Source of the DNA: Eledone cirrhosa
Taxonomy: Eukaryota
Direction: 5' to 3'
Length of the DNA: 64,000 bases
NCBI GenBank assembly: GCA_964016885.1
Contig: OZ024747.1
Span: 13,516,001-13,580,000 of the forward strand
Below the pieces are notes generated by a model. It saw only the letters and a list, made by a program, of their open reading frames with translations, was not told the DNA's origin and made no database searches. Positions 14,759-64,000 of this stretch are shown in pieces (the first letter of the stretch is position 1; each line of letters starts with the position of its first letter). Made by a program: the position numbers and the translations under genes.

Positions 14759-14910
14759 CCGTATTTCCTGGCGTCAAAGATGCTATTTTTTCCCTAAAAT
14801 AAGTCTAAAAATCTACCATGAGTCCTGGAGGCCAAAGGTTGTTTATTATTTTTTTTTCAAATTTTTGGTTGTCCTCAAGAACAAAGCATCTTCAGCACTG
14901 GGAAATACGG
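14759..14910. mobile_element. Tc1/mariner (pogo-like) MITE
   Basis: TIR ccgtatttcc/ggaaatacgg flanked by ta and tg. Confidence 0.6.
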
Positions 14911-15096
14911 TGTATATATAAGAGAGAGTGAGAGAAAGAATAAGTATATAAAATCAATAAAAATTAATGAATAAATATGCCAATTTGCAGTTTCAGCAAA
15001 TATTTTATATCACTTCTAGATATTTACTGAATAATATTTATATAACTCTAGTTTGATTTTCTTATCAAAATGTTATAAAATATTTATTATTTCTAG

Positions 15097-62941
<47,845 letters not shown>

Positions 62942-62977
62942 AGTGATGTTGAATGCTGAATGAATAGAGGAACAGTA

Positions 62978-62983
62978 AATAAA
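62978..62983 (+). promoter_or_regulatory. Candidate polyadenylation signal AATAAA (alternative at 63974-63979)
   Basis: First AATAAA after the dynein stop codon; weak evidence in AT-rich DNA. Confidence 0.3.
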
Positions 62984-63193
62984 GGGTTATATTAAGGATT
63001 GGAGTTACTTTCAGGGACTAAGTAGGTGAGATATTGATGGAGCTAGTTGCTGCAGTAATGCAAAGAAAAGAATACACATATTTTTGAATGGAAAGAATCA
63101 TTTTTATAGATAAGAACACACACATACATACTGTCAAAGCTCCTGATCACTCAGACTATCCTACACTATACAGAGTGCACTAAGCGTATTTTA

Positions 63194-63235
<42 letters not shown>

Positions 63236-63509
63236 AACAAAAGAGTATATATGTATATACTCTTTTATTTCTTCCAGCTGACAGGCTTAGGCTATGTTGG
63301 GGCACATATATATAAACATGCATGAATACATAAAATATTATATACATGAACACATACATACAAGTACGTATACATTCATATACACATATATTGTAACTCT
63401 TGCTCCTTTACATGTGCATGAATATCTATATCTATATATATATATATATAGAGATTTTTGAAATGCGCATAATAAAATATATGGAACTCCTTTAACCATC
63501 TTTTGATCT

Positions 63510-63552
<43 letters not shown>

Positions 63553-63675
63553 AAAAAGTATATAAATGTTTTCAAGCAAACATTTAATGGATTTCAGAAT
63601 CACACACACAGAGTTACACATACTCATAAATATCCACATTTTAACATATTTTATACATTAATGGTAGTGTATATG

Positions 63676-63731
<56 letters not shown>

Positions 63732-63832
63732 CATATCTGTAAGAATTCGAATACATATCTACAAACTTCAAATGTGTGTGTATATATGTATATACAAGTG
63801 TGTGTATGTATACTTTTATACAAGTGTGTGTC

Positions 63833-63871
<39 letters not shown>

Positions 63872-64000
63872 GTGTGTGTGCATATATGCGTTCAAGAGTG
63901 GGATAATATTTCCTCTCTATTTAAACAACATCTATATAAGTTTCTATATACAATTTGCTGCAGATAACTGATGAATAAAAATGTAATTGAAATTATAAAA

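Noticed and set aside
118-15096. Additional dynein exons upstream of 15097
   Set aside because: I found no segment encoding the expected preceding dynein sequence. Treated as one intron longer than 15 kb, though a small exon could have been missed by eye.

Overview
AT-rich, microsatellite-dense eukaryotic DNA. The SINE, RTE and microsatellite content suggests an octopus or other coleoid cephalopod (inference). The + strand carries the last 13 coding exons (15097-62941, about 705 aa, all GT-AG, phases compatible throughout) of an outer-arm axonemal dynein heavy chain of the DNAH5/DNAH8 (gamma) type, covering AAA6, the lid and the C-terminal domain. The first 15 kb appears to be intron. The introns contain two tRNA-derived SINE families, RTE, Tx1/L1-type and CRE-type LINE fragments, piggyBac-, mariner- and hAT-type MITEs, and large mini- and microsatellites. 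The most striking signal is a 5'-truncated Penelope-like element (RT thumb plus GIY-YIG endonuclease, inverted pseudo-LTR, hammerhead ribozyme) in the last intron. It is accompanied by about eight sequence-distinct short non-coding cassettes, mostly of the form inverted repeat plus one-sided tail, beside (TA)n tracts. Each carries a complete, variant or truncated type I hammerhead core. In the foldback cassettes the antisense arm precedes the ribozyme whichever strand is transcribed. All calls were made by reading the sequence by eye; no searches or folding programs were run.
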